IMG/VR virus record: IMGVR_UViG_3300027777_000022
Reading direction: 5' to 3' (one strand)
From: a virus
Lineage: Duplodnaviria; Heunggongvirae; Uroviricota; Caudoviricetes
Length of the DNA stretch: 64,000 bases
A program made the translations under genes and the position numbers. Positions within the stretch are counted from its first letter, which is position 1. Each line of letters starts with the position of its first letter. The notes under the pieces are model-generated. The model did no database searches, was not told the origin of the DNA, and saw only the letters and a list, made by a program, of their open reading frames with translations. Below, in pieces: positions 1 through 9,148 of the stretch.

Positions 1-34
1 ACTGCGTTATCAATTATGATTTGTTTTATCATAT

Positions 35-658
35 TTAAATTTTGATAGAATATTTTTTATTGTAATCGCCGACTGTTTTAGTATACAACATGAGATCGTA
101 TTCTAAAAAATTTTTCACAAGTTTTTGATAATTTTTATAATATTTTTCTTTGAGTTTAGTAACGTGATTTCTAATTTTAAAATTCGAAGACACGTTTAAT
201 CTATCTTCTAGAGTGATTTTTAAATCAATTCCTTGTTCTTGAAAAAATAAATTGGTTAAATCATCGCCATTGAGTTCTTCGGGCAGTTGAGGGAATTGAT
301 TCCATTTTGTAATTTTAGCATCAAGCGGAATCCAATGTATTGGCAAATACCACAGTGGTCCGAGCATCATGATTAAACTGTAAGTGTGCTCGTCAAACAC
401 CCCACTGACTAATAATTTTTCAATTTTTTCTTCTTGAATGTCAATAGCATTGTTTCGAACATACTGTTCAACTCCGCGAGTGTGTCGATAATGAGGTTCA
501 GTCAAGTGGCCCCATAATATCATCTGGTCAAGATTCAAATTGTTTTCAAACAAATTAATTTCTTGCCAGCCGTGCCGTTTTAGAAATTCTGAATAGGTCA
601 TGCATCCATTTTTTGCACATTTGATATAGACCCATTTATCCTTGACAAATCCTAACAT
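35..658 (-). CDS. hypothetical protein
   Basis: 207-aa ORF abutting the upstream gene (TAAATG junction); no motif recognised. Confidence 0.6.
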   Translation of the reverse strand: MLGFVKDKWVYIKCAKNGCMTYSEFLKRHGWQEINLFENNLNLDQMILWGHLTEPHYRHTRGVEQYVRNNAIDIQEEKIEKLLVSGVFDEHTYSLIMMLGPLWYLPIHWIPLDAKITKWNQFPQLPEELNGDDLTNLFFQEQGIDLKITLEDRLNVSSNFKIRNHVTKLKEKYYKNYQKLVKNFLEYDLMLYTKTVGDYNKKYSIKI

Positions 659-967
659 TTATATTCTTTGTAACAATAGTTTTATTAGCCCTGCGCTGTC
701 AATTATACTTAATATCAAGTAGTTGCCCAGGATTCCAAAGCTACCACGTGTGTATGAGCACCAGGCCATGATCAAGCAGCCGGCAATGAAAGCACAATAC
801 AATGGTATGAATGGCAGATCGGGCACAGTGATAGCATAGGTCAAGCTACATCCTAATGATATTGCCCACCCTAACATTTCCAAACAGAATCGTAGAGGAT
901 GTGCTCGAAAATCAGCCTGCACATACTGTACTACACTGCTGCGCCAGTCTGCAAATGACTGACTCAA
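659..967 (-). CDS. small membrane protein (about 3 TM helices)
   Basis: Three hydrophobic stretches; stop/start overlap with 964..1227. Confidence 0.6.
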   Translation of the reverse strand: MSQSFADWRSSVVQYVQADFRAHPLRFCLEMLGWAISLGCSLTYAITVPDLPFIPLYCAFIAGCLIMAWCSYTRGSFGILGNYLILSIIDSAGLIKLLLQRI

Positions 968-1227
968 AGGGTTTTGCCTACAGTTTCCAGGATGGTTTCT
1001 AGTAATTCGTGATCTTGCTTGGCTCGACCAAACTCAGCTTTGTGTGCCAGTTTGATGGCTCGTTTTAGCACGCCTGGTTTAATTTCCAATTCTTCGGCAA
1101 TGGCTTTGATGGTATCATTGAGACCACCGGTGAGTGTTTCGATCTCTTGCGTGACTTGCATGCCTTCGTTGATGATTTGGATCAGCTTGATCTTTTGATC
1201 GCCGTTGAATGTTTTCTGATTGTCCAT
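964..1227 (-). CDS. T4 DsbA/GapR-like double-stranded DNA-binding protein
   Basis: 87 aa; pattern EIETL..GLNDTIKAIAEELEIKPGVLKRAIKL resembles T4 DsbA; has its own RBS (GGAGAA) and promoter. Confidence 0.65.
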   Translation of the reverse strand: MDNQKTFNGDQKIKLIQIINEGMQVTQEIETLTGGLNDTIKAIAEELEIKPGVLKRAIKLAHKAEFGRAKQDHELLETILETVGKTL

Positions 1228-1248
1228 TGAGTTCTCCAGTAAAAATAC

Positions 1249-1277
1249 ATTATAGCTGAGTTAACCAATAAGTTCAA
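1249..1277 (-). promoter_or_regulatory. sigma70-like promoter for the DsbA-like gene
   Basis: TTGAAC-N17-TATAAT on the minus strand. Confidence 0.65.
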
Positions 1278-2397
1278 GAGTTTCGGCTAACTTTCTTCGC
1301 ATTCGTGTTTCATACCAGGAATAAATTGTTCGCATCACCAATATGTTTTTTTCAAATCTTGTTTGACACTGTTGCCACAATTGTTTGGCATAATCAGGAT
1401 CAGTGAGCAATCGACGATTGGATTCAATAGCAGTAACTATGCGATCAAATGGATTGGCAATAGAATCATAGCTGTGATCAATCACATCATCAAACACATC
1501 TAGTCCCAGTTCTCGCAAATGTGCCACAGCACCGCAACCATTGAGAATGATTGGAAAATTACAACCATAAAAGCTATGCGCAGTTTTTTCAGTTATAAAA
1601 AAAGAAGGCGCTGAAAATTGAGATTCGCTTACAATTTCTACAAAACTATTTCGATACATGCTTCTTAATTTATTTTCAAAATTTCCTATGTTATGATTGT
1701 GCCCGGCTTTATATATTTCATAATTGTCGTGTACTATCCCATCACCTTGTTTTAGATGATCAAAACCAGCAAGTATTTTTTCTCTTATATCATTGTGTTC
1801 GGGCCCAAACTCCCAATCCACAATATCCAACAATACATCCGGGTTACCTTTTGGATTTTTTAAATAAGATATGATGCCATGATCGGCATATCCTGCTCCA
1901 AATAGATAACTTAATGTAATTAATCTGTGTGGTCTAACCTGTCTATTTAAACAAATAAAGGTACGTGTGCTATCAAAATTCTTGTCAAGAACAGGTTTTA
2001 ACACACTATATTCAGCACGTTGATTAACCCAATCACCACCCCACGGTATGATGTGTAAGTTAGGCTCGTTAAGTTCTAGATCTAGCTGTTCCAGACTAGT
2101 AAATAAAATTATGTTTGTATTTGGATGTCTCTTTACAAATCCTTCAATACTAACGCTGCCAGTATGTTGCCGGTCTTGCCACCAGTTAAATGGTTTCCAG
2201 CTGTCAATACAATCTTTAACTCCAATGATTGCCAATGGGTTACTGCATTTGGCATTTTGAAAAAATTGATCCATGATCCATGGTGGACAACTCCACATAT
2301 AGTAACAATCGAAGTTATTGGTAATGTTATCAACTAGTTCATTGAACAACGGATATGTAAAATCATCGGTGGGGGGTTTTGATATGATGTATGTCAT
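1261..2397 (-). CDS. glycosyltransferase-like protein (distant GT10/GT-B type)
   Basis: C-terminal FVEIVSESQF...FITEKTAHSF..FPIILNG..LRELGLDVFDDVIDHSYD; start moved to MTYIISK just after the upstream stop. Confidence 0.45.
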   Translation of the reverse strand: MTYIISKPPTDDFTYPLFNELVDNITNNFDCYYMWSCPPWIMDQFFQNAKCSNPLAIIGVKDCIDSWKPFNWWQDRQHTGSVSIEGFVKRHPNTNIILFTSLEQLDLELNEPNLHIIPWGGDWVNQRAEYSVLKPVLDKNFDSTRTFICLNRQVRPHRLITLSYLFGAGYADHGIISYLKNPKGNPDVLLDIVDWEFGPEHNDIREKILAGFDHLKQGDGIVHDNYEIYKAGHNHNIGNFENKLRSMYRNSFVEIVSESQFSAPSFFITEKTAHSFYGCNFPIILNGCGAVAHLRELGLDVFDDVIDHSYDSIANPFDRIVTAIESNRRLLTDPDYAKQLWQQCQTRFEKNILVMRTIYSWYETRMRRKLAETLELIG

Positions 2398-2399
2398 AG

Positions 2400-3029
2400 T
2401 TACTCTACTCTGGTTAAATACCAATCTTGTCTTAGGGCCAAGGCTTGATCTATCAATGGAAATATTTGCATTTCTGCACAAACACGTTGATACTCTTGAA
2501 CAAAGGTATTTTTGCTTGTTAATAATAGACCAAGGTCAATTGGTTTCATGTTGAACTGCTGGGTTGATTGCAAAAATTGTTGTTGTTCTCCTGAGCGAAT
2601 TTGAAATTGTAATTTTTGTTGTGCTAACTTTACCCAGTTGCCCCATACTTCAAGATCAAGATCAACATAGTAAAATTCTGTATCAGTGATGTCAGTCAGA
2701 TCGTTAACAAATTCATGCGGGTGCAGAGGAAATACTATTCTAGAATATTTGTGCTTGCAAAATACATTAAGTAATCTGTAAAACACATGCTGTTTATGAT
2801 CTGCAAATGCTCGATGAAATTGTTGCCATGTGTCAAACTCGGTGAGTACCGTAGAAAATTGATAGTTAGCTAACCTATCAAATGAGTCGGCAATTTCCAA
2901 ACCATAATTGATGTACTCATACATCATAGATTGACGTATCAGTGGCATAGTTTCTGCACCCAATGAAAACAGTCTGGCTATAAAGTTTCCTGCATGTCCA
3001 GGCATGTACAACACTATCACAGTTTTCAT
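2400..3029 (-). CDS. P-loop/sulfotransferase-like protein
   Basis: N-terminal beta strand followed by YMPGHAGNF loop, resembling a sulfotransferase 5'-PSB loop. Confidence 0.4.
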   Translation of the reverse strand: MKTVIVLYMPGHAGNFIARLFSLGAETMPLIRQSMMYEYINYGLEIADSFDRLANYQFSTVLTEFDTWQQFHRAFADHKQHVFYRLLNVFCKHKYSRIVFPLHPHEFVNDLTDITDTEFYYVDLDLEVWGNWVKLAQQKLQFQIRSGEQQQFLQSTQQFNMKPIDLGLLLTSKNTFVQEYQRVCAEMQIFPLIDQALALRQDWYLTRVE

Positions 3030-3036
3030 AATCTAC

Positions 3037-3654
3037 TTATAATTGCATGATCCGCAGAGCTTTTTTAGGTTGTAGTTTGATCCATAAGTCTAGGAATTTA
3101 CTTTGATCCGCAGAAGCAGGCGCTGTGATAACCTCCTCTAGTCTTATGATTTTGGCAGGAGTAAATTCATTGATGATCTTGGGCACTAGAGGATCTACCT
3201 TGATGCTATTAAAATCCACAGCAGATTGTTTGATTTGTCGGATATACTGTTGATTACTGGGCGCTTGAAATGCGGCACGGCTGATATTAGTAAACCAGTA
3301 TGCATTTTTTTCCCAAGCCATTCTTAACTGCAATTTCAATGGCGCATATAATAATATCTTGTGTGTTCCATCACTGATGTTGTGATTAATCTTGATCATG
3401 TGATCATTCCAAAGTGGATTACAGATTAAAAATAGCCGTGTTCCGGACTGTTGTTTTAATTCCTGATTGTTGGGCCAGTGTTCTTGATTTTTCCAATTTC
3501 TACTATTAGTCAACAAGTCAATTGGGAATTGACGATGTATCAATTCCCAAGTTTGGTCAATGCTGTGTTGAAACTGCCCTGACAGCAGCAAGTAGTAATA
3601 CAATGCAAACCCACCGCTGCCACCTTGATAAAAGATGCTGACATTACCTGTCAT
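3037..3654 (-). CDS. P-loop/sulfotransferase-like protein
   Basis: N-terminal SIFYQGGSGGF loop, similar in architecture to the neighbouring gene. Confidence 0.35.
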   Translation of the reverse strand: MTGNVSIFYQGGSGGFALYYYLLLSGQFQHSIDQTWELIHRQFPIDLLTNSRNWKNQEHWPNNQELKQQSGTRLFLICNPLWNDHMIKINHNISDGTHKILLYAPLKLQLRMAWEKNAYWFTNISRAAFQAPSNQQYIRQIKQSAVDFNSIKVDPLVPKIINEFTPAKIIRLEEVITAPASADQSKFLDLWIKLQPKKALRIMQL

Positions 3655-3659
3655 TTATA

Positions 3660-5492
3660 TCAATGGCTGTTTAACATCTGTGCCATCAGTGCCCGACGTT
3701 TCACACGATGCTCGCTCACGGTCTTTGGCACAGGGTCTGCTTTCTTGGGTTCTGGCTTTTTGGGAATTGAGCCGGGAGTTCTTGCCAAGCTGGCATCACT
3801 CTTGGCACGTTGTCGATCCCAGGCCGTGCTCAATCGTTGCGCAGCACTTGTACGTGCTTCCGCCACACCTTGCTCTGACACTACCAAGACCTTATCAATA
3901 TGTCGTTTGGCAGCCGCCAGCGTGGTAAATTTTTTAGCACTGGAACTGATACCCCATTGACTTGGTCCTTCCTGTGTTATACCATAACCCTTGTATGTTC
4001 CTTTTTTACCCACAAAAGTATCAGGATTATATTCACCCTCCGCCACACCTTCAGGACTAGCATTTGCTCTAGCTTGTTCTTTGGTAGGATGCCATCCTTC
4101 TCTCTGGGCCTGTGCCACCTGTCTAGGATAGATAGATGCTGTGTACATTTTGGTACCTATCTTCTTGTACCAGTCAGTTGGGTCTAGGTCATGACGCTCA
4201 TCGTCACCGCGATTGAATCTACCACCTGTACCACGGAATGGACGATGACCTTCAGACATGCCTTGCGACTCATTTTGTGCTGCTGGATTGGATATTTTTG
4301 CCGCTGCTTTTGTTCGGGCGATTGTCATCCAGTTGGTTTGCTGTCTACTATCCATTGGTTGACCACGTTCGGCAACCATTTGATCGTAAATTGATTTAGT
4401 AAGGGCATTTATATCTGGAATTTGTTGTATGCGAGGATCATCTCGACGCATATTTAAAAGATCAGATGTTGTATCTTCGGCCATTCCTTGCTCAGGTTGA
4501 ACAATCCAATGATAAAAATATTTATAATTGTCAGGGGTTACACGTACACCAGTGTTTGTGTAATCTGTCTCAAGAGCAAAAATATGTGGGGCGACTTTTC
4601 TCAAACGATCACCAGTATCAAAGATATCATAAAACTTGTTTTTAATAAGTTTGGTTGCGTCAGCTAGACTATTAACGTTGCCTAGATCTTGTGCAACTCC
4701 ATCAGGCTCAACAAATATAACTTTGTAATTCCTGGCATCTTGGCGAGCTTCCTCTACATCTTGCTGTTTACGCCGTTTGGCATAGTCAGTGTTGGCAGGA
4801 TTCTTTTTGTTCTTGGCAGGTGCTCGAGTACCAGCAATACGTTCTTCTTCACTCTTGCGACGTGTGAAATAATCATTGGCAGCAGAGCCTTCCGCCACAC
4901 CTTCCTTATACAATGCTAGTCGCTTCTGCTCGTGGGCAATACTTTGTTGTATAGCAGCCTTGTCGGCATTGGGTTGTTTGAGTTGTGCTTGTAATCTTTC
5001 TATAGCGGCTTTAATAGCAGCCACATCCTTTTGATCACGCTTGCTCAAGCCTTCCGCCACACCTTGCTCGGGATGATGCCCCATTAGCCGCATCATGGTA
5101 CGAACATGCACACGGTCTTTTTCTTTTTCATCTTCGGGCAAATCATCATATGGCACATGCTGTGCTGCATTCCAATCGCCTTTGGGGTTGCGCTTCATCC
5201 ACTCGTTGTGAACGTGTTCGGCTGCTTTTTCCATGTCACGGCCAAAATGTTTCACAGCATGATGAGCAGCATGTGCTGCTGCTAGATTTTCTTTTTTCCA
5301 GTCTGGATGCAACTTCTCAAACGGCACATTGATATCACCTTCGGTACCATCACTATTCTTTTTCACACGTGGCTTTGTACCTGTGGGGTCAAAGTTCCTG
5401 CGCCATTCTTCATGTGCATTGCTAGCAAACTGTGTTATGGGATCCATTTGGGATTCAAAAATGGGCCGGGTAAAAAGGTTATCAATGATCAT
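3660..5492 (-). CDS. modular putative internal head polyprotein with N-terminal tandem RyR-like repeats and repeated (Q/E)G(V/M)(A/S)E junctions
   Basis: HEEW..VPFEKLHPDWK and HNEW..VPYDDLPEDEKEKDR (RyR-domain pattern); six QGVAEG-like motifs separate the modules. Confidence 0.6.
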   Translation of the reverse strand: MIIDNLFTRPIFESQMDPITQFASNAHEEWRRNFDPTGTKPRVKKNSDGTEGDINVPFEKLHPDWKKENLAAAHAAHHAVKHFGRDMEKAAEHVHNEWMKRNPKGDWNAAQHVPYDDLPEDEKEKDRVHVRTMMRLMGHHPEQGVAEGLSKRDQKDVAAIKAAIERLQAQLKQPNADKAAIQQSIAHEQKRLALYKEGVAEGSAANDYFTRRKSEEERIAGTRAPAKNKKNPANTDYAKRRKQQDVEEARQDARNYKVIFVEPDGVAQDLGNVNSLADATKLIKNKFYDIFDTGDRLRKVAPHIFALETDYTNTGVRVTPDNYKYFYHWIVQPEQGMAEDTTSDLLNMRRDDPRIQQIPDINALTKSIYDQMVAERGQPMDSRQQTNWMTIARTKAAAKISNPAAQNESQGMSEGHRPFRGTGGRFNRGDDERHDLDPTDWYKKIGTKMYTASIYPRQVAQAQREGWHPTKEQARANASPEGVAEGEYNPDTFVGKKGTYKGYGITQEGPSQWGISSSAKKFTTLAAAKRHIDKVLVVSEQGVAEARTSAAQRLSTAWDRQRAKSDASLARTPGSIPKKPEPKKADPVPKTVSEHRVKRRALMAQMLNSH

Positions 5493-5493
5493 A

Positions 5494-6156
5494 TTATGCT
5501 TCTTCTAAGTAATCTTCACTAGGATCTTGCGGTAGACCACGACGATGCGCTCTAAACATCTCTACTGCCATCTCAGCTTCATCTAAGTTGCCAAACCGAC
5601 TGGGCAACACACGACCTCGGTGGCGAATTTCAAATCCACGGCTTTGATCTCCCCAGCATTCTAAACAGGTACCATCTTCCAAAGTGATAATTTTTACAGG
5701 TCCACACTCGCCCACACTCACAGGATTCATCATGGCAGTACCTGACATCATGGGCTCTTCAGATTCTTCTTGTGTGTCTTCTTCGTAGTCGTCTTGGTCG
5801 TCGGGTTTGGCTGGATTTTTATCTTGAATTTCTTGTTTGGCTTTTTGTTCCAGCTGGTCAAGGTACTGTGTGAGATCTTTTTTGACTCGGCTTAACATGT
5901 CCTCGTCAATTTCAGACATGCGTTCTGCTAGCGCACTACGAACAGGTTGTACTGAGTCACCCACCATTTTTTTACCTAGAGGTTTCTTTTGATTGTTGCT
6001 GCCCAAGACCGGTGATATGTTTTCAGGCTTGAACAACGCAGGCAGTTGCGGTACTGACTTTTGTTGCTTGTTCAGCCCTTTTTTTACCCCAACAGGAGTA
6101 ATGTCTGATTCAATCATTCTCAGTCGATTTAAAATGTTTGCTATGTCGTTGTTCAT
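5494..6156 (-). CDS. acidic/basic hypothetical protein, possible prohead core-associated protein
   Basis: Start moved to MNNDIANIL (ATGA overlap with the dps stop); acidic linker; ends SEDYLEEA. Confidence 0.55.
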   Translation of the reverse strand: MNNDIANILNRLRMIESDITPVGVKKGLNKQQKSVPQLPALFKPENISPVLGSNNQKKPLGKKMVGDSVQPVRSALAERMSEIDEDMLSRVKKDLTQYLDQLEQKAKQEIQDKNPAKPDDQDDYEEDTQEESEEPMMSGTAMMNPVSVGECGPVKIITLEDGTCLECWGDQSRGFEIRHRGRVLPSRFGNLDEAEMAVEMFRAHRRGLPQDPSEDYLEEA

Positions 6157-6593
6157 GCTCGTTGAACTTTCAAATAACTGGTCAGCTGCCAACGATACTT
6201 GCCATGAGCACTGAGTCGTTCTGCAATAAAATTAGCAATGCCTTGCTCATTTTCTTCGTTGGCCGAAGCAAAGCAAGCATTTAATACATCAAGCATTTGA
6301 TCGTTGTTGGCGTGTAATTCTTCCAACATAAGTCTAGCACGAGGAACCTTAATCTGGCCAGAAATCTTTGTGAGTTCACTGTAACGCTCTAGACTGGCAG
6401 GAGCGTATTCTCCCAAGTAGCGAATGTATTCAGCTGTGGGATCTAGTGCAGAATAAGCATCTTCATAGATGGCTTGAAAGAAAGCATGCAGTTCTCCAAA
6501 GTCAGGACCTTCCACATTCCAATGAAAGCCATGTGCTTTTAAGTAGTAGGCAAAATTAGTTGCCAGGAGTGTTTTTAAATTGTCCGCGAGCAT
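6153..6593 (-). CDS. dps: Dps-family DNA-protecting mini-ferritin
   Basis: HGFHWNVEG, LHAFFQAIYE, D..AEYIRYLG, HGKYRWQL; RBS AAGGAA before MLADNL. Confidence 0.9.
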   Translation of the reverse strand: MLADNLKTLLATNFAYYLKAHGFHWNVEGPDFGELHAFFQAIYEDAYSALDPTAEYIRYLGEYAPASLERYSELTKISGQIKVPRARLMLEELHANNDQMLDVLNACFASANEENEQGIANFIAERLSAHGKYRWQLTSYLKVQRA

Positions 6594-6768
6594 GCTTGTT
6601 CCTTTTGTATTCCTTGGGCGTGTTAGGCGTCGGGTCCGTTGTGTATTTACCACTAAGCATAGAACCGCCCGATCTTGTTTGCATGCCCAAGGGTTGAACC
6701 ATCACAGCCACAGATCCAGTGCCTGAGCTGCCACTGCTTGCATCTTCCATTATTTCATGTACTTTCAT
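6556..6768 (-). CDS. small putative internal head peptide (leader MKVHEIME)
   Basis: Short acidic leader ending in E, then a Gly/Ser-rich and a basic segment. Confidence 0.5.
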   Translation of the reverse strand: MKVHEIMEDASSGSSGTGSVAVMVQPLGMQTRSGGSMLSGKYTTDPTPNTPKEYKRNKHARGQFKNTPGN

Positions 6769-7057
6769 GTTCAATCCTTAACAATGTGTTGTTCACTATA
6801 CTTGCGCCTGGCGGACCTTCTTTGATACGTGTGTTGCTCACTTGAATATGCCCTTGTGCCGGTGACACCAATTCTCGGCGCAATTCATATTCGCCAGGCG
6901 GTGCATAAATTTGTATCAGTTCTTCTAGATACTGCTCTCTCCAGATCCATGTGCGTTCAGAAAACAACTCTCCGCCTACGTACAATCTATAATTAGGCGG
7001 CGGCCCTGACCAGTCAACTGAAACATCAGCGTTGATCAACACAAACTGTGCAGTCAT
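6755..7057 (-). CDS. hypothetical protein
   Basis: 100-aa ORF coupled to both neighbours. Confidence 0.55.
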   Translation of the reverse strand: MTAQFVLINADVSVDWSGPPPNYRLYVGGELFSERTWIWREQYLEELIQIYAPPGEYELRRELVSPAQGHIQVSNTRIKEGPPGASIVNNTLLRIEHEST

Positions 7058-7278
7058 CTTTGTTCTGTTGAGCGTGTGCCTAATACTGTGGCATTATTTC
7101 TGTCTGCCCATGCATACGCAGCTTCGCCACTTGGGAAAATTTTACGCCATACTATACGTTGATCGCGATTGTTGTATCTATAACCATATGCTTCAACTGG
7201 TCCAGATCCTTCCACGTCCTTTTCGCCCAGGAATCCCATGCCTTCGCGTGGATGGTCAAAGAATTCGTATAGTCTCAT
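7054..7278 (-). CDS. small putative internal head protein (leader MRLYEFF)
   Basis: Shares the M-R-x-x-E-F leader with the upstream array genes. Confidence 0.55.
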   Translation of the reverse strand: MRLYEFFDHPREGMGFLGEKDVEGSGPVEAYGYRYNNRDQRIVWRKIFPSGEAAYAWADRNNATVLGTRSTEQR

Positions 7279-7280
7279 GA

Positions 7281-7607
7281 TTATGCTGTCCAGGGCAGTG
7301 GAAGTATTACCACCGGAGGATTGATTTGTAGATCAATTAGAGCTTGCACTTGCAGTTCCACAGCAGCTCTATCAACACCATTGGTCCAGATCCAGTCAAG
7401 CACTTGTTCTTGTGTTAGATCAGCGTAAGGTGTAAAAGAAGTAGAAGGTAAAGGAACATTGCAAGCACTGAGTGCAGCTACCTGAGTGCTGTAAGTATCC
7501 TGTACACCACTGCACACCCAATACACTGCAAACACTACATCCGTATAATTTTCTGCTTCGGGATAGCAGGTCATTTCAGTTACTGTCCAAGTTATTGTTG
7601 CGGCCAT
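7281..7607 (-). CDS. conserved phage protein (ITW..M.CYP...VV..V.W..SG...FTPYADLTQEQVLDWIW family)
   Basis: Start moved to MAATITW with RBS AGAG; motif common in phage structural regions. Confidence 0.6.
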   Translation of the reverse strand: MAATITWTVTEMTCYPEAENYTDVVFAVYWVCSGVQDTYSTQVAALSACNVPLPSTSFTPYADLTQEQVLDWIWTNGVDRAAVELQVQALIDLQINPPVVILPLPWTA

Positions 7608-7630
7608 GATAATTCTCTTTCTATAATTTG

Positions 7631-8281
7631 TTATGCCATTTGTGTGGCAGGTGCCAACGCTGCGGCCATGGCCATGCGTTTTTGTCTTGCTTGCCCATTG
7701 CTGCGCTCGTAGTAATGATCCACAATGGCAGCAGCATCCTTGGCTGTTTTTGCACCTTTCAATGCTTGCCCTGCTTGTGATTCTGTGTTGTTCAATTCCC
7801 ATTGCACAAATTCTAATTGGTCTTGCAAGCTGGAACCTTGCAATGGTTTACGCATTTCTTTAGCAAAATCTTGTTGTCGTGATCCGCGCCATTGTGCAAT
7901 TCCATATGCTTGCTCTTTGGGATTTAGTGCAGCAGGGTTGAGATTTTGTCCTGATTCAGTTTGTAAGTTAGCTACCAGGCCAGCAGCTTGTTCGGGTGAC
8001 CATCCTTGCTGAACAAAGTAGTCCAGGGCAATTTTTGCATTGCCTGATGAACCGCCTTGGCCTGCAGATCCAGTTGATGATCTAGCCATATTGGATCCAG
8101 GCAATCTTATCTGAGATCCAGGCTGGATATCACTGGCATTGGAAAACTGTGGGTTCTGCCACATGATGCCATCTATTGTGGTATCGTTGGCCCGAGCTAT
8201 GCTCTGCAAGGAATCCCCGGATCTCACGGTATAGATATTGCTCGAGCCGGTGGCTTCGGACAAGAACTCAAATGACTTCAT
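7631..8281 (-). CDS. LysM + phage tail-lysozyme-like peptidoglycan hydrolase with capsid-targeting-like leader
   Basis: YTVRSGDSLQSIAR...IQPGSQIRLP (LysM); QAAGLVANLQTESG..LNP...AYGIAQW (Phage_lysozyme2); leader MKSFEFLSE. Confidence 0.85.
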   Translation of the reverse strand: MKSFEFLSEATGSSNIYTVRSGDSLQSIARANDTTIDGIMWQNPQFSNASDIQPGSQIRLPGSNMARSSTGSAGQGGSSGNAKIALDYFVQQGWSPEQAAGLVANLQTESGQNLNPAALNPKEQAYGIAQWRGSRQQDFAKEMRKPLQGSSLQDQLEFVQWELNNTESQAGQALKGAKTAKDAAAIVDHYYERSNGQARQKRMAMAAALAPATQMA

Positions 8282-8282
8282 G

Positions 8283-9110
8283 TTAGCCTTTTAACATGTT
8301 TGATAAACGACGCATGCGATCCACGCTTTCTTCAAAGTCTCTGCGATCTGCATTTGTTGCACCGCCTGTTACAGGTGCTGCTGGTGCTTTAGGCGCTGCC
8401 GGTGCCGCTGGTGCTTTAGGCGCTGCTGGGGATGTTCCTCCTGCAGGTATTCCTAATCTTGCTCTACCTTGATCAATCAAAGATGGGCCTGTAGCTAATC
8501 GTTGGCTAACTGATTGTTTTGTTGGATCTACAGCAGGAGTAGCTGCTTGTTGTACTGCACCTGGTGCAGGTCGCGACAATCTAGCAGTTTCTGCTGATGA
8601 CTGATTGGGTGCTGCTGCTGCTTTTTGTGCTGCTTGAGTAGCTGGCCCCATGATACCGTCGGCTTTGATCTTGTAACCTTTGGCAATAAGATCTTGCTGT
8701 ATTTTCAACACTGCTGGATCAGACCGGCGCCCGGATGTTTGTTGCCCGGGACGGGCAGGTAATTTCACTGGTGCTGCTGCTTGTGCTGTTTGTGCAGGAT
8801 CTTGGCTCATTGGATTTGCAGCAGGTATATTTGGTGCTGCTGGTGCTGCTGGTGCTGCTGGGGGCACAAAAGGATTGGCGTATACATCATCACTGTCATC
8901 CATTGAATTCACTGGCGCCGGTACACCCTGACCAGCTTGTTGTGCCGGATCTCGTGCCATGTTGCTAGCAGCGCCAGTTTGTGGTGCCCCAGCAAAGAAA
9001 TTTTTAATTCCTTGAAGATTCTTTTGACCTTGAGCTTGTTGTGCAGCATATTCAGCATCGGTCATTGGCTCTCCTGGACCTGCTTCTCTAATAAATTCTG
9101 TTGATCTCAT
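8283..9110 (-). CDS. Ala/Pro/Gln-rich protein with a peptidoglycan-binding domain and capsid-targeting-like leader
   Basis: VLKIQQDLIAKGY..KADGIMGPATQAA (PG_binding_1 pattern); leader MRSTEFIRE. Confidence 0.7.
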   Translation of the reverse strand: MRSTEFIREAGPGEPMTDAEYAAQQAQGQKNLQGIKNFFAGAPQTGAASNMARDPAQQAGQGVPAPVNSMDDSDDVYANPFVPPAAPAAPAAPNIPAANPMSQDPAQTAQAAAPVKLPARPGQQTSGRRSDPAVLKIQQDLIAKGYKIKADGIMGPATQAAQKAAAAPNQSSAETARLSRPAPGAVQQAATPAVDPTKQSVSQRLATGPSLIDQGRARLGIPAGGTSPAAPKAPAAPAAPKAPAAPVTGGATNADRRDFEESVDRMRRLSNMLKG

Positions 9111-9140
9111 GTGATGTTCCTTTATGAATGATCTATGCTT

Positions 9141-9146
9141 TATTTA
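9141..9146 (-). promoter_or_regulatory. T4-type late promoter core (TAAATA)
   Basis: TAAATA 30 nt upstream of the 9110 start, with AAGGAA RBS in between. Confidence 0.55.
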
Positions 9147-9148
9147 TT

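Noticed and set aside
3857-5067. QGVAEG DNA repeats as a mini-CRISPR or attC cassette array
   Set aside because: The repeats are short, degenerate, irregularly spaced (about 180-415 bp), in frame within one ORF and not palindromic.
7608-7802. N-terminal extension of the 173-aa ORF, and similar extensions at 6192, 6653, 9840, 10634, 11743, 27773, 57049 and others
   Set aside because: The extensions overlap upstream genes; downstream ATGs with an RBS or stop/start coupling fit better.
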